A stretch of DNA of 64,000 nucleotides, taken from contig OZ024756.1 in the NCBI GenBank assembly GCA_964016885.1, positions 5,580,001-5,644,000 of the forward strand, given 5' to 3'. This DNA is from Eledone cirrhosa (lineage: Eukaryota). Shown piece by piece: positions 45,561 to 57,720 of this stretch; position 1 is the first letter of the stretch; each line of letters begins with the position of its first letter. The position numbers and the translations under genes were made by a program. The notes beneath the pieces are model-generated. The model was given only the letters and a program-made list of their open reading frames with translations. It ran no database searches and was not told the DNA's origin.

Positions 45561-45850
45561 CTAGGGGCGACCATAATTCTTCTTATTTGTGAGTGTAAAC
45601 TCGGCCAGATTAGATTAGATCCTGTAGAAGAGAAAATGTAAAACATATTCAGAAAAACTTTAAACTTGAAATTTATAAATCAAAACAATGAAAAGGTAAA
45701 ATATCAAATAGTGTCCTAAATATGGTATTTTATAATCAAGGAATTATATTATGCTCGCCTTGAATATTTAATGAGGTTGTCTATTGAACACTGAAAGTAT
45801 TCTTCAAATGAGACAATACTGTTGGTCATCATGTTCTCGCAAATAGTAGA

Positions 45851-46150
45851 GCCAGTCGCCGGTGTGACACTCTAGATGTGCCACTGGTACGGCCAGTCGT
45901 TGGGGTTCCACTCTAGATGTGCCACTGGTACGGCCAGTCGTTGGGGTGCCACTCTAGATGTGCCACTGGTACAGCCAGTCGTTGGGGTGCCACTGGTGCA
46001 GCCAGTTGTTAGGGTACCACTCTAGATGTGCTACTGGTACAGCCATTTATTGGAGTTCCACTCTAGCTGTGCCACTGTTAAAGCCAGTCTTTGGGGTGCC
46101 ACTCTAGATGTGCCACTCGTACAGCCCGTCGTTGGGGTGTCACTTTAGAC
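45851..46150. repeat. 41-bp minisatellite, ~7 units
   Basis: CAGCCAGTCGTTGGGGTGCCACTCTAGATGTGCCACTGGTA. Confidence 0.93.
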
Positions 46151-46169
46151 ACTTAGCAGCATTTTGTTA

Positions 46170-46415
46170 TCATTGTCCTCTATTTTCTATCATGCGTTGA
46201 AGGGTCTTTGTGTTGTGACCAGTCCAATCTTTGATGTTGTCGGATCAGGATCTTCTTTGTTTGCCTCTTCTTCTTCTTGCCTCGACTATGCCTTGAAGGA
46301 TGTTTTTGGAGAAGGTTCTGTGGCGGGATATATGACCATACCAGGCAAGCTTCTGTCTTTTCACTATCGCAAAGAGTGGTTCCTGTCTGTCAGCATATTT
46401 GTTAACTTACTACAG
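46170..46415 (-). mobile_element. RTE LINE ORF C-terminal fragment
   Basis: Minus strand EPLFAIVKRQKLAWYGHISRH...KNILQGIVEARRRRGKQRRS*SDNIKDWTG. Confidence 0.85.
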
Positions 46416-46417
46416 TA

Positions 46418-46600
46418 AGGGTAGTGGGTCGGATGCCATGCTTTGATGCATAGAGTTACGGCTCTTGCCATTCTGTGTTCAAATCCCGCCATGGTTAACT
46501 TTGCCTTTCATCCTTACGGAGTCGATAAAATAAAGTACCAGTAATGCACTGGGTAAAGGCTGCCCATGTGCCAACAGTAGAAACAATTATTATTACTATT
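46418..46600 (+). mobile_element. tRNA-derived SINE with conserved central domain
   Basis: B box GTTCAAATCC, then GCCTTTCATCCTTACGGAGTCGATAAAATAAAGTACCAG and an (ATT)n tail. Confidence 0.8.
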
Positions 46601-46665
46601 ATTATTTGTTATATTCAGTGAAAAACAAATTCCTGTCAGCGCTTCCATTCTGTGAAATAATTTAA

Positions 46666-46800
46666 ATATATATTGTCAAAGTTCTTTTGTCACACATTCT
46701 GTGACCTCTTCGTCACACATTCTGTGACCCAGTCACTGAAGAGGTCACAGAATGTGTGACGAAAGAACTTTGACAATATATAAACAACCATCTGAATTTA
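46666..46800 (+). ncRNA. Type I HHR (46732-46774) preceded by inverted partial copies of itself
   Basis: GTCA-CTGAAGA-GGTCACA gaatg TGTGAC-GAAA-GAAC-TT^-TGAC; same family as 6760 and 10406. Confidence 0.8.
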
Positions 46801-47883
46801 AATATAAATTTTCAGTAAATATTTTCAATACACTTTTACAATTAATCTTTGCAGTGAATATACCTTGAATATAATTTGATGCCTCATTACACACTAGAAA
46901 TATCCAAGCTAGATAATATATGTTATTTTGATGGTTTCCTCTTTCGTAAGTAATATCTCCGTCCCTTTCACTTTCTAGAAAGTTAACTATGGTATAAAAG
47001 AAAGTCTTATATATCTTACTAAGCAATTTACTCCGGAGAGCTATCTAAATTACGAATATAAAAGAACTCTTACATACTGTTCAAAATAATCAGAACAAAA
47101 CATCCTGAATAGGCAATCATGATAGTGAATAACTACTATACCACGTGATTAATGTACAACGTGACCCATTTCTCTGCTGTCCCTTTGTTTTGCTTCAAAA
47201 TTGAGTTTTCGGACAATATAATGTAGTATTGTAATGATTCAAGGTCATTCTTTTCAAATGTTCCAAGAGACCTTTATCTCCTCTGATCATCATGGTACCA
47301 TCATCACTTGAAATCGATATCTCATTTTCTAATGGAAATATATTTTCATCGAAATAGGATCTTACAACAATAGAAACAAACCCCTAATAATGTAATTTTC
47401 TACGGAATTTCCTGCTATTATATCCTACTTCAAATGATGAGATGAGAATGTGGCTGTGTTATTGATTAAATGTAGACTCATCAATCTTGAATTTTGAAAC
47501 TATTTTTCCATCTTTCATCGAGATGTTCTTCAATATCTTTAGACATTTCATAAATTGAATTAAATCCCTTCGTAAGATACCTAAGATTTGTACATTTTCT
47601 TGCATCACAGTTGCTTAACATCTGGGGCCGTACACGAGATAACTAGACCTAACATGTATGCATTCCAGTGCCACGGACGAGATAACTCCTCCTAACATGT
47701 TTTAACTCTTTTCCAAGTTATGAAATCGTTTCCAACAGTTCATAACTTCAAAGTTATGAACTTATTTCAAACAGTTCAAAACTTCAAAGCTAGATGGGGT
47801 TACTAGTTATTGATGTGACGTTTGTTGTTAATAAATGTCTGTTTAAAACAATATTCATTTTACTCAAAGAAATAAAAGCCCGG

Positions 47884-50212
47884 ACAGCAACTGTAGCTGT
47901 GTAAAATATACACAGCAGTCAACACAGCAACTGTTGCTGTGTAAAATATACTCAGCAGTCAACACAGCAACTGTAGCTGTGTAAAATATACTCAGCAGTC
48001 AACACAGCAACTGTAGCTGTGTAAAATATACTCAGCAGTCAACACAGCAACTGTAGCTGTGTAAAGTATACACAGCAGTCAACACAACAACTGTAGCTGT
48101 GTAAAATATACACAGCAGTCAACACAGTAACTGTAGCTGTTAAAAATATACACAGCAGTCAACACAACAACTGTAGATGTGTAAAATATACCCAGCAGTG
48201 AACACAGCAACTGTAGCTGTTAAAAATATACACAGCAGTCAACACAGCAACTGTAGATGTGTAAAATATACTCAGCAGTCAACACAACAACTGTAGATGT
48301 GTAAAATATACTCAGCAGTCAACACAACAACTGTAGATGTGTAAAATATACTCAGCAGTCAACACAGCAACTGTTACTGTGTAAAATATATGCAGCAGTC
48401 AACACAGCAGCTGTAGCTGTGTAAAATATACTCAGCAGTCAACACAGCAACTGTAGCTGTATAATATATACACAGCAGTCAACACAGCAACTGTAGATGT
48501 GTAAAATATACTCAGCAGTCAACACAGCAACTGTAGCTGTGTAAAATATACTCAGCAGTCAACACAGCAGCTGTAGCTGTGTAAAATATACTCAGCAGTC
48601 AACACAGCAAATGTATCCGTGTAAAATATACTCAGCGGTCAACACAGCAACTGTAGATGTGTAAAATATACTCAGCAGTCAACACAACAACTGTAGATGT
48701 GTAAAATATACACAGCACTAAACACAGCAAATGTAGCTGTGTAAAATATACACAGTAGTCAACACAGCAGTCAACGCAGCAACTTTAGCTGTATAAAATA
48801 TACGCAGCAGTCAACACAGCCGTCAACACAGCAACTGTAGCTGTGTAAAATATACACAGCAGTCAACACAGCAACTGTAGCTGTGTAAAATATACTCAGC
48901 AGTCAACACAGCAACTGTAGCTGTGTAAAATATACTCAGCAGTCAACACATCAACTGTAGCTGTGTAAAATATACACAGCAGTCAACACACACAGCAAAT
49001 GTATCCGTGTAAAATATACGCAGCAGTCAACACAGCCGTCAACACAGCAACTGTAGCTGTGTAAAATATACACAGCAGTCAACACAGCAACTGTAGCTGT
49101 GTAAAATATACTCAGCAGTCAACACAGCAACTGTAGCTGCGTAAAATATACTCAGCAGTCAACACAACAACTGTAGCTGTGTAAAATATACTCAGCAGTC
49201 AACACATCAACTGTAGCTGTGTAAAATATACACAGCAGTCAACACACACAGCAAATGTATCCGTGTAAAATATACTCAGCAGTCAACACAGCAACTGTAG
49301 ATGTGTAAAATATACTCAGCAGTCAACACAACAACTGTAGATGTGTAAAATATACTCAGCAGTCAACACACACAGCAAATGTATCCGTGTAAAATATACT
49401 CAGCAGTCAACACAGCAACTGTAGCTGTGTAAAATATACACAACAGTCAACACAGCAACTGTAGCTGTGTAAAATATACACAGCAGCTGTAGCTGTGTAA
49501 AATATACACAGCAGTCAACACAGCAACTGTAGCTGTATAAAATATACACAGCAGTCAACACAACAATTGTAGATGTGTAAAATATACACGGCAGTCAACA
49601 CAGTAACTGTAGCTGTATACAATATACTCAGCAGTCAACACAGCAACTGTAGCTGTGTAAAATATACACAGCAGTCAACACAGCAACTGTAGCTGTGTAA
49701 AATATACACAGCAGTCAACACAGCAACTGTAGCTGTGTAAAATATACTCAGCAGTCAACAAAGCAACTGTAGCTGTATAAAATATACTCAACAGTCAACA
49801 CAGCAACTGTAGCTGTGTAAAATATACACACCAGTCAACACAGCAACTGTAAATGTGTAAAATATACTCAGCATTCAACAAAGCAACTGTAGCTGTATAA
49901 AATATACTCAGCAGTCAACACAACAACTGTAGATGTGTAAAATATACACAGCAAATGTAGATGTGTAAAATATACACAGCAGTCAACACAGCAGTCAACA
50001 CAGCAACTGTAGCTGTATAAAATATATACAGCAGTCAACACAACAACTTTAGCTGTATAAAATATACTCAGCAGTCAACACAGCCGTCAACACAGCAACT
50101 GTAGCTGTGTAAAATATACACAGCAGTCAACACAGCAACTGTAGCTGTGTAAAATATACTCAGCAGTCAACACAGCAACTGTAGATGTATAAAATATACT
50201 CAGCATTCAACA
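47884..50212. repeat. 40-bp-unit minisatellite, ~57 copies
   Basis: CACAGCAACTGTAGCTGTGTAAAATATACTCAGCAGTCAA, with 10-bp and 2-4-bp slippage variants. Confidence 0.98.
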
Positions 50213-50984
50213 GGTTAATGTCTACTTCCATATTACGAACATGTTTTATAATCTCGTATGATCAACACTGGCGTAATCTAAGTTGATATATTTATTATAT
50301 TATTAAAGTTTTAAGCGTGTTAGGTTGTTGATCAAAATTCTGTTTGACTATTTAAAAATAGTCTCAATTTTGTGAGTTTTATCTAGACTTATTTAAAATG
50401 TAAAACACGTAGCTACTTTGATTAGAGGGGAGTTTAGAAAAACTATATGATAGGCATTTACCGTTCTATAATTAACATATTTTCCGTGCTACACGTGACA
50501 TTACTACGCGATATTGTACATTATGCAATTAAAATCAAAGATTATCAACAATAAATGCTTTAAAAATGCTGAACTCTGAAAATATGATTAGAATGTCATA
50601 AAAAAATACTGTAGAATTTTCTGACTCAATCTCCATCTAGAAATGTCAAACTAGATGTAATTATCCAATTATTATACTTTCAATGTTGTTATCTTGCTAG
50701 TTATAAGTGACGTCATCTTTCACAATCAACTGAATCATCAGACTACACTTTAATTTAATTATGGAAGTTGATGGGATTAGTTTCTTAGCTAAATGGAATT
50801 ATAAACAAACAAATAATTATACATACATTATCATTTTAGTAATATAGAAAAAGAAGTAATCAATTGACAAGAGCCCGAATCTCATTTACTGAGTGCGGTG
50901 GAACTCGTCAAATTGAACCAGGAAAACAATGTTTCAATTATTCTTTCCATTGCTGATCCTATATACCCGTAATGACCTCTGTCT

Positions 50985-51100
50985 GAAAGAGCAACGTGAA
51001 ATAAAGTGTCTCGTTCAAGGATATAACGCATCACCTGGTCTGGGATTCGAACTTGCAATCTCACGACTGTTAATCCAATTCGCTAACCTCTAAACCACAC
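50985..51100 (-). mobile_element. tRNA-derived CORE-type SINE, 5' part
   Basis: Minus strand A box TGGTTTAGAGG, B box GTTCGAATCC, then TATCCTTGAACGAGACACTT. Confidence 0.7.
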
Positions 51101-51784
51101 ACTATCAGTAATACAAGCCTAGATTAAAATGTTAAATTAACCTTATTATCAAAAGGTAGGCCACTCTTACCTCTCCTGTCTGATATTTTGGGCGCTTTAT
51201 CTATATTTCTTTTCATTATATCAGAAAACCAGCGTTCTAAACTTCATTTTATTCTGTAAACACACAAGCACTAATTGCCTGATTAAATTAAGTGACTATA
51301 AAAGTGTCAACGATGTTATTCACTCCGTGATCGAAACGAGGAATTAAGGCAAAAATTAGGAATAACTAGAAGACTAAACTACTAACAAAAAACTAATTGA
51401 AATATATAATTGGGGAAAAATGTCGCCCAGACAGACTTCTAATTAGGTAAAAATTGTGTACTTTATACACAAAAGTTACTAAACCACTACAAAATAATTT
51501 TAGTGTCGACCTACATTATTGCAGGTTTCATTGGTCACTTCCATTGTCGCCATCATCAGTACAATACACACCAAGAAACATATATTAAAAAACCTTGAGC
51601 AATTCAAAAATAATTTAATCTTAATTTCAGCCTCAACCAATTTTCACTCCACTTCAGTCAAATCTTTTCCCACTTTCGCCTAGAAGTATTTCATTTTTAT
51701 AACAAGTGTGCAAAGTCGTCTGCGCTGAGAAACGAAATGTGTATTCACCTACAAGCATTTTCTTATATCATTAATATTGAGAGC

Positions 51785-52000
51785 CGACGGTCGATTGGCA
51801 GTATCGGTAGAAGGTCGGACGCCATGCTTTGCAGCATAGAGTTACGGCCATTTACAGTCTGAGTTCAATTCCTGCCGAAGTCAACTTTGCCTTTCATCCT
51901 TACGGGGTCGATAAAATAAAGTACCAGTAACGTACTGGGGTCGATTTAATCGATTTACCCTCGCCCAAATTACTGGCCTTATGCCTCTACTAGAAATCCT
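51785..52000 (+). mobile_element. tRNA-derived SINE (same family as 46418-46600)
   Basis: TGGCAGTATCGG A box, GTTCAATTCC B box, GCCTTTCATCCTTACGGGGTCGATAAAATAAAGTACCAG. Confidence 0.85.
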
Positions 52001-52559
52001 TATCTGCCTATGAATTTTTCAGCCGAAGATCCTATAATACAATTTTGTTCAAACGTTTATGTATACAGTATTTCTATTTGACTAGTTTTAAACACATTCG
52101 TGTGTCCCCTGTATAGAATATATTGAGTTCAAACGGTAGACGTAATAGAAGGGAGGACGTAGCAACAACAACAACAACATAAACAACAACATTAGGATAA
52201 ACCCCAGCAACAATAGCATACATCAAAGTTAAAGGAAATGGTTACAACCATTATTTAAAAAGAAAATGTTATCTTTATTATTTTTATTCATGGCTTAATA
52301 TACATTTCCATTCTGAAACTAGGAATCGGTTACATCTTGGAAAACATCTGTAGAAGTGTTAAAGGTTAAGTAATATGAAAAGGTTAAACAAAAACAAAAT
52401 TATTAATACGTATATTTCAGCAGGGTTCACCAACTTTACCTTTCACCAGACTGAGATCAATGAAATAATATCCACAGTGAACTTGTGTAGATTCAATCGG
52501 ATTTACACTGCAACAAATACCTGCTTTAATGTCAATGTCAGAAATACTTAGAAGAGATT

Positions 52560-52750
52560 GCTACTGTTGTTGTTGTTGTTGCTGTTGTTGTGGTTGTTGT
52601 AACTATTGCTGTTGTTGTTGTTATTGTTGTTACTGTTGTTGTTATTGTTGCCTCTACTCGTGTTGAAGATGTTCTCATCGTTCCTGCTGATGATACTATC
52701 GAATATTGTTAATGTACTTGTTGTTGTTGTTGTTGTTGTTGTTGTAGTAC
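52560..52750. repeat. (GTT)n repeat
   Basis: Directly visible. Confidence 0.88.
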
Positions 52751-53560
52751 AGCACGGATTCCCCAGAATAAAAAAAAATCTTAATAGAAGTTGTTTTAGT
52801 TTTTAGACGTAGAGTTACACGCGAAAGCGTGTATTGGCAGGTGTTGTTATGTTTAAGCGTATCATAGCTGTTAGTGTCCTTATCTTATATTTGTTGTTGT
52901 TACTGCTGTTGTTGTTACCTTGCTTGCGTTACCTATCAAGATATATCGGAAATTATTTTATTGATTCACTTACACTCTAGGAATTTGTAGTTGTTTTCGA
53001 TTTCATTTTTTCATTTCTTTTTTCTTTCCTTTTTGCTTTTCCTCTAAGATTATTTTCTCGTTTTTTTCTTTGGAACTGTTTACTTCCAAGATATAAATAA
53101 TGGCTTTAATGCAACACGCTATTAGAAATTCTGTACGTGAATTTTAAGGTTTCTTGCTGATACTGTAGTTACTATTCTATCATAATCAGATAGCTTTAAG
53201 TAAGAAAATTTCACATCAAATACTAGCTGTCATGTGCCAATCATAATATTTTCCTGTTCCTCAAGCCAATTTGTGTATAGAATACTCCGAAGAATTTAAT
53301 GGTGTTCCTAAATTGAAAACGGAGAACTTGCTAGTGTCCAGAAGCTAGTCTGATAATGTCATTAGCAATTATTCTGTTAACTCAGTGGATGAGAATATAT
53401 CGGTATATATCACATGCTATCATACAGATATTGGAATATACTATTTTCTATCTCATGGTAGTTTTATAGATATTGGAATATATTAGTCGATATCACATGT
53501 TTTCTTATAGAGATTGGAATATGTCAGTTTTTATACTTGATATATTATAATATAATATAA

Positions 53561-53659
<99 letters not shown>

Positions 53660-53665
53660 CTGTTA

Positions 53666-53700
<35 letters not shown>

Positions 53701-53704
<4 letters not shown>

Positions 53705-53891
53705 TATGTAATAAACAACATAAGGCAATTATTCCATTTACCAGTGGTTTCTTAAAAGCAAAAGATTTTGCTTTCAATCCCCAGAATGAAAAAATCCTGG
53801 TCTCATTCTGAGGATTGAAAGCAAAATCTTTTGCTTTTAAGAAACCACTGGTAAATGGAATAATTGCCTTATGTTGTTTATTACATAACTA
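53701..53891 (+). ncRNA. ~89-bp-arm fold-back containing an intact HHR (53804-53857) and its antisense copy
   Basis: CATT-CTGAGGA-TTGAAAGCAAAA tc TTTTGCTTTTAA-GAAA-CCACTGG-TA^-AATG; inverted copy has CTGGGGA. Confidence 0.82.
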
Positions 53892-53974
53892 TTAAGCTCT
53901 GTTATCTACATAGAGCACTCTTTTTTCCTGGACTTTTCCGACGGAATTACTTCATTTATATATATTATATACAG

Positions 53975-54185
53975 ATGTGAGAAAAACCACAGACCCTCCA
54001 TCTCAACTCTACTTTTGAAAAGCAGAAGAACTGCGAAACCGGTAAAGGGACCAAATAAATATGTATATATTTTTTAAAATAAGACTCCAGTTGCATTTTC
54101 GATTTCACCTTTTTTCCTTATACTTTCACTCGTGTAGGACACCTCGGTTATTTTTCATTTTGTAAAAAAAACCTCACTTTCTAAT
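53975..54185 (+). mobile_element. Dispersed repeat with U3-A8 HHR (54012-54047)
   Basis: CTT-TTGAAAA-GCAG aagaa CTGC-GAAA-CCGG-TA^-AAG. Confidence 0.75.
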
Positions 54186-54279
54186 ATATATACATATATA
54201 CATATATATATATTCTTATAGCACAAGCTATCAGATGAATAGTAGCATATGTTATTTTATATCGTATTACACACTATAC

Positions 54280-54548
54280 GTGTGGAGGCATGTGGTCTAG
54301 TGGTAAGGGTGTTCGAGTTACGATCACAAAGACGTGGGTTCCATTCCTGGTTTGTGTGTTGTGTTCTTGTGCAAAACACGTTGCCCCAGTATAGTCAGGT
54401 GAAAATGAGTACCAGCAATAGTTTAACTCTGCGATTAACTGGTGTCATGTCCAGGGGAGAGTCTTGTACTTTCAGTCACTTCACGCCATGAAACCGGGAT
54501 AAGCACAGGCCAAATGGGTCTTCTGGCTTACGACCGACTTTAGACTTA
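54280..54548 (+). mobile_element. tRNA-derived CORE-type SINE
   Basis: A box TGGTCTAGTGG, B box GGTTCCATTCC, GTGTTCTTGTGCAAAACAC core, (ACTTT)-like tail. Confidence 0.75.
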
Positions 54549-54616
54549 GGCTATACTCTACACACACACACACACATACACCCACACACACACACACACA
54601 CATATGTGTATATATA

Positions 54617-54672
<56 letters not shown>

Positions 54673-54676
<4 letters not shown>

Positions 54677-55270
54677 AGCTAAACTACCCGTCCTTTGGAC
54701 GGTTCAGTAGCTTTCGATGTAGCTCATTAAACTAAACAAAGTAAATTTGAATACATAGAAGAAAAACGTACTTTATGTAAACATGAAAACCTTAGGCACT
54801 ATTCCAGCGAAATAATTAATATGTGAGCTCAGTGTCATCCGTTATCCCATGTAACAACAGAAATCCAATCTAGATATACATTTTTTTGACAATAGTAAAG
54901 CCTTTTGTTTCAAGTACAAAGAGTAAAGTAAAATCCGAATGAACCGAATTGTAATAATCAAAATCCCAAAACAAAATTGTTGACAACATCAAAAATGAGT
55001 TCCTATTGTATTGACGAAAGATAACTCTTGTCTTACTCAGTCACGAAAATTGACACAAATAACCGACATTTTTTAAATATCTCCAAAGGCCCCAATATCA
55101 ATTTTTGAAAGCCTTTGTAGATCATGTACAGGTTTTGTGCAAGGAGAAGCTCTGTAAAAAATTTCAAAGAAATCACATGAATGCTTTAGAATATATGAGC
55201 CCTCATTAAAAATTGTCCACACACACATACACACACATACAGAAAACTAGATTTTTATATATATACAGAT
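54673..55270. mobile_element. Non-autonomous Helitron/Helentron-like element
   Basis: One end TACCAGC...CCGTCC ttt GGACGG hairpin; other end AAATTTCA...(CA)n...TTTATATATATACAGAT, the layout of DINE/HINE-like elements. Confidence 0.55.
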
Positions 55271-55523
55271 TAAAATAACAGATTAAAGTTTAACCATATA
55301 TTAAAAAGAGAGGAGACCCAACGACTGAGCGAAAGAGTCAGGTCCCAATGACTGAGCTCTTGTCTTCCCGGCAGCTAATTCCAGAATGTCTGAAACTAGC
55401 TGTCGCAACGACAAGAGCTCACCCGTTGGGTACCGACTCTTTCTAATATACCCACACTCTACTATTTCTTGCATCGAGTACTCTGTTGAATAATGGATTT
55501 AATAGTTTAATATTGGTTTAATA

Positions 55524-55554
<31 letters not shown>

Positions 55555-55559
<5 letters not shown>

Positions 55560-55780
55560 CCGAACAAGTAAACATTAAACAATCTTTTAAATAAATTAAA
55601 ATACGATTTAAATATTCACCTCTTCTAGTGCCATGACCGGCGGTTTCGCTTATCAAAAGATTGGAAATTCAGAGAATTTCCAATGGAATGATATAGCTCT
55701 TCAGATAGCTTTTCCAAATCTACTAGATAGTTCTGGTATCTCGAATTAGTACCATAGAACAACCACTATTATAGACAACA
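55555..55780 (-). mobile_element. Pseudo-LTR remnant with HHR at 55630-55709
   Basis: Minus strand GCTAT-CTGAAGA-GCTATATCA..TTGGAAATTC tct GAATTTCCAA..TGATAAGC-GAAA-CCGCCGG-TC^-ATGGC. Confidence 0.8.
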
Positions 55781-55796
55781 TATATATATATATATA

Positions 55797-56102
55797 CAGT
55801 GAACCTCCACGTATTCGCGGTTCGGAATTCGTTAGAATCTAACTATTAATTGTTCGAGGAAAACACCGCATATTCGCGGAATCGTAAATATCTTCCGCGA
55901 TTTTTTATGTTTTTTTATGTGGCAATACATATTTTTTTACGCTTTTTACCGCTAAATTATTAATAACAATCTACTGTATTTGCCAGCCAGTACCTTACGT
56001 TATGTTTATAGACATTTTTATGGATCTCATCCAATATTCGCGAATTTTCACTCTTCGCGGGTGCTCTAGGAACGTAACCCGCGCGAATACCGGGGACTAC
56101 TG
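55797..56102. mobile_element. Tigger/pogo-like MITE
   Basis: TA|CAGTGAACCTCCACGTATTCGCG ... CGCGAATACCGGGGACTACTG imperfect TIRs; second copy at ~63620-63940. Confidence 0.75.
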
Positions 56103-56208
56103 TGTATGTATATATATGTGCGTAAAAGATAAATAGAAATAACAGCACAATCGGTACTGTATATGGAAGGAATATATTAGTTTAACGCTTGAAAGAGCAG
56201 GAACAGTG

Positions 56209-56244
56209 TCTTAACGTTTCGGACCCTAGTCCTTCATCAGAAGA
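56209..56244 (-). ncRNA. Minimal 36-nt type I hammerhead ribozyme
   Basis: Minus strand TCTT-CTGATGA-A GGAC tagg GTCC-GAAA-CG-TT^-AAGA. Confidence 0.8.
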
Positions 56245-57574
56245 AAGAATGAGAAATTAGAAAGATTGAAGGGACGGGTGGCGTGAATGTGTGTGTGTGT
56301 TAGTTTATGCTACGTTATCACATACACATTGAGATATATTATTCTATATAATATAGATGTTGGGTTGTATTATTAATTATTACGCTGCAAATTGTATTCC
56401 ATACAATTTGAAATATATTAATTTCTATCACAAGTTATTTGTATATATAATATTTATTATATAATGTTTATCACATTGCTATGATAAATTATTTGTTTAA
56501 ATCAAAATCTGACATAATGATATTTAGAAATAGCTATTATTCTGCTATAGATATTAGCATGTGTAAATATCATTGGATATTGTGTATATATTGGATATGA
56601 AATATTGTTTAAGGCGGAGAATTGTCAGTCGCAAGAACGTCGGAGAGAATACTTTGAGATATACGTTTCGGTTGATTTCAAAACTCACCGAGGTCAACCT
56701 TGCATTCCATCCATTCAAGGTATATAACAAATACCAGTTTAGTAATGGGTTCGATCTCTTTCTTATTTCCATTCTCTCCCTCTCTATTCCTCTCTGGAAG
56801 AACTCTGCTGTATTCAGGCGCGGAGCGTAGATGGGCTCTGCTAGGTTTTTAAAATGCCCGAGAAACGCCGTATGTCAATACGCCGCCCTTAGATCTATCT
56901 CAAGAGTTACGAGAACATGTATGCAAGTTTTGTTTACATTGAGATATACGTAGTAATATATTCACACATTCTTTCTTATACAATTCAACTTAAATATAGT
57001 CAGTTATATGATTTGCTTTTGATTACCAGGTATAGCTATATATTTTTTATGAAGGAAAGCAGAAAGTCCATAAAGTAATATTTTCTATCGCTGTTATATC
57101 TAGTGAGCATAATTTCACATCCACCTGATTAAATCAGTGGTGTGATTTAGTTCCCATTGAAAAGATAACGTGTTCTGGAAAATCTAGAATTTATGGCATT
57201 GTACGTACATATCTACTTATATAGATATAGCATTCTATTTAAATTCTTATAAATATGTTACTGATAGTAAATCCTTGACAGTTACACTGTTACAATGTTT
57301 CACTAGTGTAGTTTATAAATGAAAGCATTTCCATCATGGAATTCTTTATTCCCTCTGCTCAAAAGTTTATGGTTAACAGATATTTTCATTCTACCTGAGA
57401 GATAATAAATTAAAGGAAAAGTCGGGATTATTTGGTCCTGAGAAATAAAGTGGTAGGAAATACATAGTTTACATTATGGAAACCTCGGGCCATTGTGAAT
57501 TACAGCGATTAAAATCACTAGAGATTGACAATAGAAAAATATGAAGATAAATATAAGTACACACTCTCCAACTT

Positions 57575-57720
57575 CCCTGACGTGTTTTCTGTGTCCTCTT
57601 CACCTTCTACCGCTACTATAATGGTCTCTGCTCATTAGAACTTGATGATCTTGTGTCACTTTTAGCCAGCTAATTGTGACTCACTTCCTCTCATTCTATA
57701 TGTTATCTCCACTACCACTC
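57575..57720 (+). mobile_element. Old LINE (CR1/Jockey group) ORF2 C-terminal relic
   Basis: FTFYRYYNGLCSLELDDLV resembles the LFYRYY.G.CS.EL..LVP motif. Confidence 0.45.

Noticed and set aside
47884-50212. Regular 40-bp repeats resembling a CRISPR array
   Set aside because: Head-to-tail units with no unique spacers, no cas genes, eukaryotic context
52440-52522. Apparent minus-strand exon with AG/GT boundaries
   Set aside because: Overlaps a decayed copy of the SINE central domain (CAACTTTACCTTTCA..GATCAATGAAATAA)
54280-54350. tRNA-like A and B boxes (also ~51000-51100 and ~51800)
   Set aside because: No cloverleaf; these are SINE heads followed by SINE core and tail
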